Below the pieces are notes generated by a model. That model worked only from the letters and a program-made list of their open reading frames with translations. It made no database searches and was not told the DNA's origin. Below, piece after piece: positions 12,301-25,104 of a DNA stretch of 64,000 nucleotides. The stretch covers positions 35,330,745-35,394,744 of the forward strand of contig NC_068987.1 of assembly GCF_001194135.2 (NCBI RefSeq). Direction: 5' to 3'. Within the stretch, counting starts at the first letter, position 1, and every line of letters begins with the position of its first letter. The position numbers and the translations under genes are program-made. Source of the stretch: Octopus bimaculoides. Its lineage: Eukaryota.

Positions 12301-14440
12301 TGTTTTGTAACTTAACGTAAACAACACAAAAGAACACAGCAAATAAACAATGACAACCCCATTAATAGTAACAACAGTGCTTTTTTTGTTGCCACAAGTG
12401 TATCGGATGAAGGACTTATTACAAATACAGGTTACAAATTATGTAGGGGATTATATAAACCTGTTTCGTGGTGAAAAATTCTAAATATACATGACAATTA
12501 TACGGATGGTACAATTTTTCTATATAAATGGGCTTCAAGATAAGGCCATAAATCCAAGAGCACAGTATTACTGGGGGTACGTGCGCTCTTCCGCTGTTTT
12601 TATTCGATCTTCACATGCATATATATACAGTTTGATCCATTCTAACCATTCTACTCCGGGCACCAACCTTTTTAACAAATTCACCGAAGGTACCATCACC
12701 TTCCTTTCTATGTGAAACTTGAAAAAGTCTGTGAGAATCTGAAGAGAAAACTCTTTGGGTCTCCAATTTTTCTGCCTTCTCCAGGACACAACCTTTCATA
12801 TGAGCGGCGGTATAATCAACAGAATGGCCGCAGCAGAGAGTCGTGTTCATTGTACTTGCAACAGGTGGAAAATGGAGGATGTCTTGGTAGATCCATTGAG
12901 AAATCACATGCTTGAGCTTCCCCGAACAAAAAAAGACCTACAGGAAACCTCAAACAATTTTCTGACGCATTAGTCAGCATTGTAAACTGCAATTGGAAAA
13001 TGTGAGTGCCGAAAAGTATGTATGAGATTACATTTGTTTATGCCCTTTCTCTATGTTGCTACGAATCTCCGACTGAGAGAACGAATTCCGGTGCTCTGCT
13101 ACATTTTTCAGTGGATATTAGCCTAGAATTTGCCAACCAAAACCGACTTATAAACAAAACATCACATTCGTTTCAATTACGAAGCAAAGTGAAATTTCTC
13201 TTTTATTAATTACGTATTTCAGTTATTTATTCTGTAGTTCAGTTGCTTTCATTTGCGTCTCCCAGCATCTCGTGTCATAGATTGGAATCTGCAAGAAGCC
13301 GTCGGGATTGCACGAATTTATATTTGTGACTTTCCCTAATCAGAGCTCAATCAGAATATTCACGAGAATCTCAACTGAGAAACAGCAAACCACATTAGAA
13401 CGAGTAACGGGTGCGAGACGTAGTTCACCAGAGACCGAAATGCAGCACATTGTTCTTCTTTTATCCTCTTGATATAGCTTGGAACCCTAGCTTTCACAAT
13501 ACAGTCCTTGTGTGACATTTTAAAGAAATCATCGAGGACCATTGCGACAGCTAGCATCTCGTTTGCGTAGCCTCTCTATCGACGCTTGTCCTCATCTATT
13601 TCCCCATGAATAGATCGATAATAGTTTCTGTAGCTTTTGCTCACCAGGAAACCGTTCAGCTTTCAGTATCCGTCACTGCCTATGGATGTTATTTAAATTT
13701 CTACCATTTACACCACTAACTTGTTTACTATATAGTTGCCTAATTTGAAGTTTCAGCAGCCAGAAATTCAGAAGATAGTCTTGTTTATCTTGTATATAGT
13801 GTATGTGTGCGTATATATATATGTATATATATANNNNNNNNNNNNNNNNNNNNNNNNNNNNNNNNNNNNNNNNNNNNNNNNNNNNNNNNNNNNNNNNNNN
13901 NNNNNNNNNNNNNNNNNNNNNNNNNNNNNNNNNNNNNNNNNNNNNNNNNNNNNNNNNNNNNNNNNNNNNNNNNNNNNNNNNNNNNNNNNNNNNNNNNNNN
14001 NNNNNNNNNNNNNNNNNNNNNNNNNNNNNNNNNNNNNNNNNNNNNNNNNNNNNNNNNNNNNNNNNNNNNNNNNNNNNNNNNNATATATATATATATATAT
14101 ATATATATACAACAATGTGTATGGGTATGCCTGTTATATTTCCATAGGAAAGAGAAAGAAAGAAAGGAGAGGAAGACAAATATGCCTGCCATTGATGAAG
14201 TAAATGTTATTTGATAGTGTAACAACCAATCTTTAACTTAGTGAACACTAAATCTAACTACGATCAGATTACTCACTTTGTTTCGCTGCATACATAAACT
14301 AGTACATTCAAAAAAATCTGTCATTCTTTTGGCCATATGAAACCAGATTGTTCAGTCATTTTGTACCCTCTCATACAAAGAGTTCAAAATCGAGCTGCGA
14401 AAATACAATTCAATCAACAATTTGTACAAAAGAAACCTAC

Positions 14441-14627
14441 ATTCACATGAATATTTCTGGATATCTATAGAAATCTGGCCGTCTTCTCCAGATTGTGCAT
14501 AGAGATACATAATTTTAAATGCCCAATTTTCACTGTTATACACATATTGCACTGCCAGTTTATCTTTAGAATCCTGGAGGATCATCTTCAACTCTACCGC
14601 TAATTCTTTCCACTTAGTTACTCGATA
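14441..14627 (-). CDS. Candidate internal coding exon (62 codons + 1 nt) of an unidentified gene, weakly death-domain-like
   Basis: Acceptor ttttagtctgttAG, donor GTAGGT. Open frame YRVTKWKELAVELKMILQDSKDKLAVQYVYNSENWAFKIMYLYAQSGEDGQISIDIQKYSCE, phase 0 to 1. WKELAVEL resembles the death-domain W..LA..L motif (inference). Confidence 0.4.
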
Positions 14628-15321
14628 CTAACAGACTAAAATTTGAATGATATACGTGGACGTCAAAATTATTTTTAAGCGCGTGTTTTTCGAGAAGGCT
14701 AGCGAAAAGAGTGAAACAATATTAAGTGATCAAAGCAAGAGAACAAATGAGCTTACTTCAAACTTCAGCACTCACCTCTTGTGGAAGGTATGTCAGGAAA
14801 GGCCTTCTGAGAAGTTTCGTCATTTATTTTTGTTTTTCTGAAAATCCCCATACTTGCTGAAAAATTTACCACGTGTGTCACGTATATATCTGCTAACGAT
14901 TCTATTGACAATCAGTATGCATAATTGTGGGGGTGAATTTCTCAAATACGATAGCTCTTTTTACCATGTTCATTTTGTATGATTTTGCTAAGTACCTTAT
15001 CAACTCACAACAAGTTGATGTTTTTTGTGTGTTTGACAGTTTATCTATTAATTTCAGGGTTTTGCAAAGTGCAAAAACTAACAATTTTCATTGGTCATGA
15101 AAACATAGTATGAACATTTAATTGTGGCATAATTGAAAAGTGATAAAAATTATGGACCATCAAAATACTACCTAAAAGATAAATTCTTCACAGTAAACAT
15201 GCCATAGCAACATGTCAACGTGCCAACAATCTGTATTACTTCACCTGCCTTTATAAAGAAAGTGAAAGAATTCGTTTAACTAATACAACAGGAAGCCAAA
15301 GAAACAACGGTGGGATCAGAT

Positions 15322-15475
15322 TATTTACATTATTTACATTTGACGAGTATTTGCCCTCATCTTGTTTGCTGTTAACACATTTCGGCTGATACCCTCCAGC
15401 CTTCATCAACTGTCTTCGGGAAATTTCGAACCTGGGTTCTCATTCATAAGGTATTTTTCGATGTTGTTGTTGTTG

Positions 15476-15545
<70 letters not shown>

Positions 15546-15816
15546 TCAGGTCACTGCCTAGAATCGAACTCAGAACCTTGAGGTTTAAAGCGCAGGCTAC
15601 TAACCCCAAGATTCCGAGTTCGATTCCATGCAGTGACCTGAACAACAACAACATCGAAAAAAATACTTTAGCTAGGTTCGAAATTTCCCCAAGACACCTG
15701 ATGAAGGCTGGAGGGTATTTCAGCCGAAACGTTGTGTTAACAACAAACAAGATGAGGACAAATATCCGTCAATTGTAAATAATGTACATAATTCCTCATC
15801 TCTTAAATCCAGAACT
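15322..15816. mobile_element. Head-to-head inverted pair of the tRNA-headed hammerhead element (copy 2)
   Basis: Left arm 15322-15583 is inverted relative to right arm 15584-15816. TSD GGTGGGATCAGAT (15309-15321) / GGAGGAATCAGAT (15817-15829), 11 of 13 identical. Confidence 0.88.
15691..15738 (+). ncRNA. Minimal type I hammerhead ribozyme motif, intact core
   Basis: gacac-CTGATGA-a-ggctg[gagggtattt]cagcc-GAA-ACGT-T-gtgtt: helix I gacac/gtgtt, helix II ggctg/cagcc, palindromic ACGT helix III, GUU cleavage triplet at 15731-15733. Confidence 0.75.
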
Positions 15817-18800
15817 GGAGGAATCAGATATTTAAAGAAAGACAGAAAATAGACAATATTGGCGTTATTCGATTTTAATGAAATCAATAGAGATACACAC
15901 ATTAAAATTTACACAGCGTCAGAATAAAATATCTGACATAAAATATCATTTAAAATGAAGGGCCTTGCGAAATTGAACTGATATCTTTCTTTAAAGTACA
16001 AGGATTTTTCTGAAGAAAGCAAAAATTTGTCTCCAACCAAATTATTACATAAATTGATGGTCTCTCTGAGGAGATCGTTTAAACCTGGACATGAGCATAT
16101 GTGGAAACAGAAATAGAAGCAGCTTAGAAGCTACAGAAAACATTTATGTAGTTAAAAACAGAGGGTGTTAGAAGCTGGTAAAGCTGAAAATTCTACCTAT
16201 TTTATTTGACGGAGCACGCAAGTTTTTATCTCCAGAAGACAATTAAATGAATAACCAGAGGATGAACGATGTTTATTTTTAAGAGCGAGTCAAATAAAAT
16301 CTCAAATCATGTAGACATTCTAGTTTGCTTCACAAATATATGACTGTACTGACATTTTACTAGAGCTAATACACTGGAAATTAAATTATCACATTGAGAA
16401 GTACTAAGATGTTGCTGCAGATGCTTTTTAACTTTATATAAATATCACTGGACATTTAACACAGTACTGCATAAAAATGAGTAATGTATACTTGTCTTCT
16501 CAACAATTACCTTTAGTTCAAAATACATTGCAACTGTTGGAGAAAACATACCACAATGTGAGGTTCTCTCAAACCATTATAACAACAAGTACAGGGAAAG
16601 ACAATATCAATGATGATGACACCTTTATTTTCCAAAAGTGCCTTCTAAATGTAAATAAATTGAAACTATTACATTATTTAACAGTATATATATAATCAGC
16701 ATAAGAAATACTTGAAGGTGCCTTCCATTCTAAGGAGTTATTACAAGACTTAACATCCCTCTAATTGGACCTCTTAAAAGATGTGATGCATGCCAAGATA
16801 ACTTCCTTCTTTTCCATTGAATTGCCTTGCTGGAGACATGCACATCTTTCGGCATTAATAAAAGAAAAAAAAATATCAATTCTCGCTATTTCCTCTACGA
16901 TTGTAGAATCGCGGTAGTGAATAACAAATTCATTTGAAAATGCTCTTAATAGCCAGTGACTTTTCTATTGAATAAAATATGTTCCTTTATATATTCCGGT
17001 TATTTATTTCTTCAAATATATAATATATGAGGTCATATTTTAATGAATGTAGTATGGTAACCTCTAATTTCTTTATATATCAGCTTGTTTAGTTTTTAAA
17101 TAACTTACTTTAATAGAAGTGTAAAGCAGTGGATATATTTAAGAGTGTTTAGTTTGTATTTCGCTACAAAGCAATTCATCTACTATTCTGAATAAAGTTG
17201 TCCATACAATTTAGCGTAAAACATCTTATCGCATTACAGCTGATGTATCTAGGTAGTTCAGTCGACTGGTGTTAATATACCAGCTTCATATTTTTCTAAT
17301 TTATATGTGTAATGTGTTTGTGTAAAATAATATCCATTTGTTTGTCTTTCATGAATTGATCTGTAATGCTTATTTCAAATAATACATATACTGGGCCAAC
17401 GAAAGAAATATCACATAAATTTGATGACAATCTTGTAGATATTTATATTTTAAGTGTGTCATTATCTACATGACAAAGATATTAGATGATTCAACATAAA
17501 ATATGCGAAAATTAACCTTGCTCATGTCCGTTAACGTATTTCCATCTACCTTATAATGATTTTGTCGGAGGAAGAATGATGGCGCACTTTATCCTTCTCA
17601 AAGACTGTGAACGGAGATTACTCAACTATTTACAACTATTTTGAATATATGAAAGCACCAAGTGGTGATGACAATCTGTACGACTGTTTAAATAAGTCTA
17701 CAGTCCAAGAACAGTGCTCGTTCGCTCGACCCAGTTTACATCTAATGGACGGTTTTCACACACAGACACACACACACAGATTTCATCAGCCTGAGGCCAT
17801 TAGTTAAAAGTGCTTGTCCAATATTTCAGTCAGTAGTATCGAATGCGCCGATCATTGGTAAACAGAAGTAAATTTCTATTCTGAGTTTGTACGTTCTACT
17901 TAAGTCGGTCATTAATTTTGTTGGTTTCTTGTATTTTATAGATATTTGATATCATAGACTCGAAACCTAACATCCACATTAAAATATTTCTTCACATCGT
18001 GCTTCTAATGCACATTATGAATCAGCTTATGTCGAATCTTGGCTGCTGATTTTATAGTTGGTTTCGAATAATCATTTATAGATTTGTCAGTTCAAATGCG
18101 TTTGCATTTAAAGGTTTTAATTATCATTCAGTGAGTTATATAGCTTATACGAGAAACGCAGTTTGGTTTCCATTACTTTTATGCCATTTATGTGAACATG
18201 TCTACCTTATCGTTTCTGCTCTTATGTTAACTAGTATATTGAGATAATTATGTCGCATGTTTTATCTTTTTGTTTGAGGATATTTGGTACAGAATAACGT
18301 TATCACGTGTACGATTTATCACTTAATTGTTGTACTATTTGTTAAACTGCATACACGACTTTAATGCGATAATCCGGTTCACTTTTGTAATGTTAGATTT
18401 AAGACCCCAGCCTGAATTATAATTTGGATGATATAATAGGTCTGCACCTAGATCGATTTTATGCATTCAGTTTGCAACTAGGATTTCGCGTTTTTACATC
18501 CTTCCCTTTAAACTCCCGAATCGATCAGTTTTAATGATGAAATGTTGGAAGCAATGTATGCAGGGAAGTAGTATTTAAAAGCTATGATTTGATACTCTGA
18601 AATATAAGAGGAATATATTATTTCTAACTTCGACATCTGCAAATGACTCTTGCTTCCTCGTTGAAAATATAGTTACATAAGAAGGCATGAGCTCTATTAA
18701 CAAATAGTAAGACCAATGGCATAAGGAGCAACTACATAAGAATATTGCATAAAAAAACAATGCATATAGCTGCTGTATAAGACACGAATTAACAATTTTA

Positions 18801-19332
18801 GCTCCCTACCGTGAAGCAATAATCAACAGAATTAAAAATCATGTTTTGGACTAAGGTCTCCACCACCAATACACCAACGTATCATTGTTATATAGTGGTA
18901 AAACAGCTATCGTTGAACAATCTTGTGTAATAAAACATCACATAATTCCACAATGGCAACATTTAAGCACACACAATGCTTTGCAAGTGAGATGAGTGTC
19001 ACTCAAGATTATCAAGAATAGTGTGTTATAAAACAAATGCACGTAAAAGTGTCACAGATAATTAGTCGTCCTATTGACAACTTGATTTATTACAACAACC
19101 TAATTTAAAATTGCTCAAATTCTTCCTAACTTTTGAAAAGGCCCCATAATATAAATCCAATAACACATCGACTATTCACATAGTAGTCATATTATTTTCT
19201 GTTGTTATGGTTGAATTGTATGATTGTCGAAGAGAATAATGTAATTCTGGGTTTATTAATTATATATATATATATATATATACATACATACACATATTTT
19301 CTTCAGTTACTAACACTCTAGGTTTTCCTTAC

Positions 19333-19427
19333 ATCGTCCGCCAATTCTGCTGCAAAACCATGACATTGCCACCTATAATTTCTTTCATCTCCCAGCCATT
19401 CTCTCCGTTCAGTGCGCCAGCAACGAC
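19333..19427 (-). CDS. Candidate coding exon (phase 1 to 0); alternatively a first coding exon from ATG 19497 or 19440
   Basis: Locally GC-richer. Strong donor GAT|GTAAGG at 19332. Frame GRCWRTERREWLGDERNYRWQCHGFAAELADD. The acceptor context is purine-rich and weak. Confidence 0.3.
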
Positions 19428-20384
19428 CTGACAGTTTCATGGAGCCTTTAGTGTGAGCTGGATTGATATCGGTTTCAGCACTCCTCGAAATTTCCATTCT
19501 GATATTCTCTCTTCACAACAATATATTAAGTGCATGGCTGTAACTGTTTATACTAGTGAAATCCCACTGAGACAATTTCTGTAACTTCAGGAACACAGCA
19601 TGAACATACGAGTTTTAATGAGTTTTAATGAGTTTATATGTTACTATGTTTTTGCGTATTCACACGTTTATGTATGCGCATTTATATGTTTATAACTTAC
19701 AAATGATTATTTATACAGAAATGGATCTCGTGTATATGCAATGACTTGAATATGTACATTGATATATGCAGTTGAATATTTGCACTTGGGTATATATGTA
19801 TATAGATAGATAAATAGATAGATACAGAAATTGATGGGGATGAAGAATATACGACCTCGTTAGATATATTACTATGCGCCAAACATTGGTTACAGCGAAA
19901 ATAGCTGTAGGAATGCCACGTCACTTCTAATAAGAGAAGGTGCATATAACTCGCTGGACATGACTGGAACAATTGAATTCATATCCAAAGTGACGAAGGA
20001 TTATAAAAGTAGATATATAATTGAATTAATTTTGTTCGTGAATATATGTGTATTTGATTGACGTTGTTGAATATTTGAGTTACAATCAGAGGCAATCCAA
20101 AACCTCATTCAGGATTCATTATATAATCTAAGGTAATCGTGCACCATGTCATGTAATGAAGTCGAAAACGTATTCTCATAGCTGCAAATTGAGATTCTTC
20201 GACGTGGAAACATGCAGGCTTTAAAAATATATATACATACACGCGCGCACACACACATACATACATACATACATACATACATACATACATACATACGTAC
20301 ATGCATACATGCATACGTATACATACATGAATACATGGAAAAAAGTGAGAGTGAAGGTACATACAAACAGATGTGAAATGCGTG

Positions 20385-20602
20385 GCTTTTACTTGTTTCA
20401 ATCATTTGACTCCAGCCATGTTTGGGTATAGCCTTGAAGAGATTTAGTCGAACAAATTGATCCTACGACTAATTTATTCTAAGGCTAGTACTTATTCTGT
20501 CGTTTTCAATTTGCCGAACCGCTAACTTACGGGAATATAAACCCACGAATACCGATTGTGAAGTGGTGGTGATGACGGATAAATACAGACACACACATAT
20601 AA

Positions 20603-20638
<36 letters not shown>

Positions 20639-20648
20639 NNNNNNNNNN

Positions 20649-20692
<44 letters not shown>

Positions 20693-20850
20693 CATTTTTC
20701 GGTTTCCATTTGCCAAATCCACTCACAAGGCTTTGGTCGGTCCGAGATTATACCTGAAGACAGTTGCCCACTGTGCCACCAAAGTGGGACTGTACCCGGA
20801 AACATGGTGTTGGGAAGCAAGCTTCTTACCAGATATCCACGTTTGTACCT
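20385..20850 (-). mobile_element. Full tRNA/CORE-type SINE with internal (CA)n, spanning a 10-N gap
   Basis: Minus strand: head ..GCTTGCTTCCCAACACCATGTTTCCGGGTACAGTCCCAC.., CORE-like GTGGCACAGTGGGCAACTGTCTTC, then (CA)n, then the 3' body. Confidence 0.75.
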
Positions 20851-20859
20851 GCGTATGTG

Positions 20860-21105
20860 TACATGGGCGTGTATGTATGCGTTTGTGTGTATTAGTATGT
20901 GTATTTGTCTTCCTCCACCACTTGACAACCAAACTTGGCGTGATTAAGTTCATGTAACTAGAAGTTCGGTCAATGAGACATATAGAAATAGCAGGCTTGG
21001 AATAAAATAGCAGTCCTGCAGTCGATATGCAAGACTAAAACCCTTGTGTCTGTGTTCTCATATGGCCGCAGTCAAATGACTGAAAGAAGATAAAAGAAAG
21101 ATTAT
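20860..21105 (+). mobile_element. 3' body of the same SINE family in the opposite orientation
   Basis: CCACCACTTGACAACC..GTTCGG..ATAG..GGCCGCAGTCAAATGACTGAAA is the reverse complement of 20385-20600. Confidence 0.7.
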
Positions 21106-21435
21106 ANNNNNNNNNNNNNNNNNNNNNNNNNNNNNNNNNNNNNNNNNNNNNNNNNNNNNNNNNNNNNNNNNNNNNNNNNNNNNNNNNNNNNNNNNNNNNN
21201 NNNNNNNNNNNNNNNNNNNNNNNNNNNNNNNNNNNNNNNNNNNNNNNNNNNNTATATATATTTATATGCATATACATATACGCAGACACACACGCACTAG
21301 TACATAGGCAGATATGAAAGCTACATCCATGAAGAAAAATAAGGCGAGAGAATTCTTTGAATACTAATAGTTGCACTGCCATATGACTATACACAGCGAA
21401 TTAGTTGACCTAATTGAATATATGATATCCCTTAC

Positions 21436-21457
21436 CGGGCCATCGTCTCAAAAGCCA
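21436..21457 (-). CDS. Candidate 22-nt micro-exon (WLLRRWP + G)
   Basis: Acceptor aatttcatAG, donor GTAAGG; phase-compatible with the neighbouring candidate exons. Confidence 0.2.
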
Positions 21458-22616
21458 CTATGAAATTCGGATTATATACAGAAATTCTCGCTTTACAACA
21501 TTTTATTCATGGCAATAAAATTTTATATTTCCAGCTCTCCCATACATTAATACATAAAAGGATTTTTTATACGCACATTATCGACGATAATTTAAATCGT
21601 AAACACATTAATTCAGGATAGAAAATACATTAAATATGCGAATGCGGGTTCGTTCAAAGATTAATATATAGATTTAGGGACTGTCAAATATCGGAGAGTA
21701 AGCAATCACACGAAGGAATATAAATATTAAATACTTGCTTACACATATACGGAGACGCAAACATACATATCAGACACACCGACGCATGCTGTATAAAAGT
21801 AAGCACATTCATATATGCGCACATATTCATGCTCATGCATCTCTATTCCTGGAGATATACGAGTAATAATAGATACATTCAATTTAACTAATGTGTACGT
21901 GTCTTAGCGTTGCTTATATGTATGCGTGTGTATATGTACATATGTATATATATGTATGTGTGTATGTGTGTGTGTTTCTGTGTGTGTACACGCGCTCACA
22001 CATATATATTTATATATGTTTGTGTATGTATATGTACATGTCGGATATTTGAATGTAAGTGCATGATTATCACCAAACGTGAATAATATTGTATTTTTTG
22101 TGAAAGACGTTTATATTAACGATAATTATAGGACTGTCGTACCCTGCTTTGCTAGTGAAAGCCCGAATATATAGAATATATATCACCGAAGAATACGGTC
22201 TCCCATAAAATACGGCTCTTTCAATCGTATTCTAATAACCTAATATCGCAAATGTTAATTGAATCCTTTATAGCATGGCAGGTAATTTCTGTATTGTACA
22301 TAAACACAGGCTCACCTAAACAAACGTGCTTTAATATACATATATATGTGGATATATCTATTTATATGTGCGTATGTTTGCGTGTATGCGTATGTGAGTG
22401 CTTGTATATACATGTACCTGTGCAAACGAGTGTGAGGTGTATACGTACAAATAATGCTATGTGAAGGTTTATTCTCATAGGAAAGTGACACGCATACATA
22501 TTCATTCATACAGATATGAAAGAGTCACAGCACAGCATCACTTCATGTTCTTTACCTATTCCCCTATGTGTATGTATGTATACATAAATAAATACACACA
22601 TATATATATATTTACT

Positions 22617-22671
<55 letters not shown>

Positions 22672-24603
22672 TCATTTAAAATACAGAGATGCCTATAATA
22701 GGACATCTGACCCGCTAGAAAGAGCAGCAAAAGACTACATACCACAAAAATAGGGATAATTTCGAAAGGGAATGAAAAATAAAAACATTTACCAATCTAT
22801 ATTCTCGCTAGACCACTGGTGGTAAATACAATTTCAAAATTTTTTTTGGCTACCGTATAATTTATTAATATATATATATATATAAATATATATACATATA
22901 CACAATCTCACACGCACATATATATTTATATGTTTGTATGTAATCACTTTCTACTGCTGATGAATTAAATTCCAAATGTGCTCTAATCTAACAGTATTCA
23001 TATTCCCATAATCCACATTTGAGCGTATTTTATACTGTTTTCCAAGTATCCTATACTATATAACACTACAATAGAATCCAATAAATATATAGAATATAGA
23101 AAGACTTATATGCATACATGGAAATTTGCGTGTGTGTGTGCGTGCGCATGCGCGTGCCCGTTTGACCATGTTTATGTATACATGGATATTCTGTTTCCGC
23201 ATAGACTATGATATTCTGATGCTTAAGGTAACGTACTAAATGCGTAGCATAGGTTAAAAATATTTACATTTATAAAATTAGAACATATGCGTATTTTAAT
23301 ATATATTTCGCATCTTTCAATTTAAAAATATGATGTAAATAATGTTTTAAGTTCACACACTCAATTAGAAGAATAAAAGAATCGATTAGAGTAATAACAA
23401 TGAAAAATATAGAACTTTCTAAAGGAGATATTTATGACAAAATATGAGGTAAATGAAAGTGGTTGTGAATAAAGCATCTTGAACTCAACGCAAAAGGCGA
23501 TGACTTTCTCGATAAAGTATTTCTCGAATAGTATTTTACGAGCCAAAGCTTAGAATTTCAATTAGGATGTAAGTCTCTGCATAAGAAAGCATCTTTGAAA
23601 CTCGTTACACTTTGTAGCTGAAGGACTTCTGTTTTTTTTTTTTATATTTGATTTGGGATATTTAGGATTTATTTCGATGTTTGGCCCTCGTCATAGGACG
23701 ATATTTGCTACCATGTATAGCTTGCCGGTGTGGTGATTCTCTTGTCAATCAAGAGCTTCTATAAACAGTCAGTTAAAAATAGTACTGAGTCAAACCGATT
23801 GAATATAGACATTTATTTGATTCGGCACCGACAGGGAGACTTTTGGTGCATAGGGAGCCGTTGATATAGTTAATGTTAGTCAAAATGATACACGGCCTTT
23901 TTTTTACTTGGAGATATTGGATCTACATTTGGCATATGCTTTAATACTTTTAATAGTTCGGATATGACACACGTTATATCTCCTTTTCACTATTTGCCTG
24001 TTGTAAATTTCATTATAACGATGCTCTGCTGAAGGATACTTGTAAAGATATGTCTGAAATTTCTTGTTTATCTTTGCCATTACGTTTAAGGAAGCTTATT
24101 TCATAATTTCCATCACGCGACTCCTATCTGACAATGTTTCAGCGAAACAAGCTGTGCAAGCACGATAAATTTAATGGATAAAATGGTTTAACTGGTTGGC
24201 GTATTGACAAATCCATTCTTTAAGCCAGTATTCAGGAGAGCGTTTTTAAAGGAAGGGTTGGTAAAATGTATTAGAAGCAAGATTTTACAACTCCTAATGA
24301 AGAGGAAGGTTTTGAAAATCCAGGGACAATGGCAAAACATTAAAGAATGGCACCTTAATTGCTTATTTGCTTTATAGATAGGTATATAGGTATATATTTC
24401 TTGATCTAGAGAATAATGTAAGAAGCCAATTTACGTTGAATTATTTTCGGCATGTATTTCGTGGCCTAACCTGTTGAATGTCTTAACTAGACACTGAAGA
24501 AAAACGTTTAAAGTATGAGCATCACAATAGAGTGGTACCCATAAGCCACGAGCTCAGTATAAATGACGTTGTATCAAGGGACCTTGTGCCTAATGTGCTC
24601 CGA

Positions 24604-24838
24604 TATACGGGATGCTGAAAAGAGCGTGCTCTGATATAGGACATACTGAAAAATTCCTGGCTTTGGGATAAAGAAAATACAGGCTTTAGGATAAAGAAAA
24701 TATGCTTTAATTCAATGTATTCACTTCTCAGATTCATACACTTGTTGCAGTGGTTCTTCAGTTTTTCTAATCCTTGTAACATATGTTTAGGCTTCAAGTC
24801 AGACCTTTTGCGAGGCCTTCAAGCCATGAACTTTACAA
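24604..24838 (-). mobile_element. Mariner-derived MITE
   Basis: TIR-like ends CTGAAAAATTCCTGGCTTT / AAGCCATGAACTTT. Minus frame QGLEKLKNHCNKCMNLRSEYIE resembles the mariner transposase C-terminus (GI.KL..RW.KC....G.YVE). Confidence 0.7.
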
Positions 24839-25104
24839 ACACACACATTATATTTAGACACACACACATGCGTATACATATACAGAGACCTATGCGCACA
24901 TAGATATTTACATGAAGTAGTAAAACATGACATATCACCTGTAGCATTCAGTGATCCTATGTACGTGAGTCTCCTAACACCAGTTAAAGAAGCATGGCAG
25001 CAACACGAATACAAGAGGTAGAAGAGAGACATATCAAGAAGTCCTTCCCATGAACGCATGAAACTGTCTAAGGCACAGAATATATTGTCTACCGATATTT
25101 TGCT

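Noticed and set aside
12700-12985. Minus frame ..LLRPFC*LYRR.. read as possible selenocysteine, and GDGTFGE read as a kinase G-loop
   Set aside because: No known selenoprotein motif or SECIS was seen; no VAIK or other kinase motif follows.
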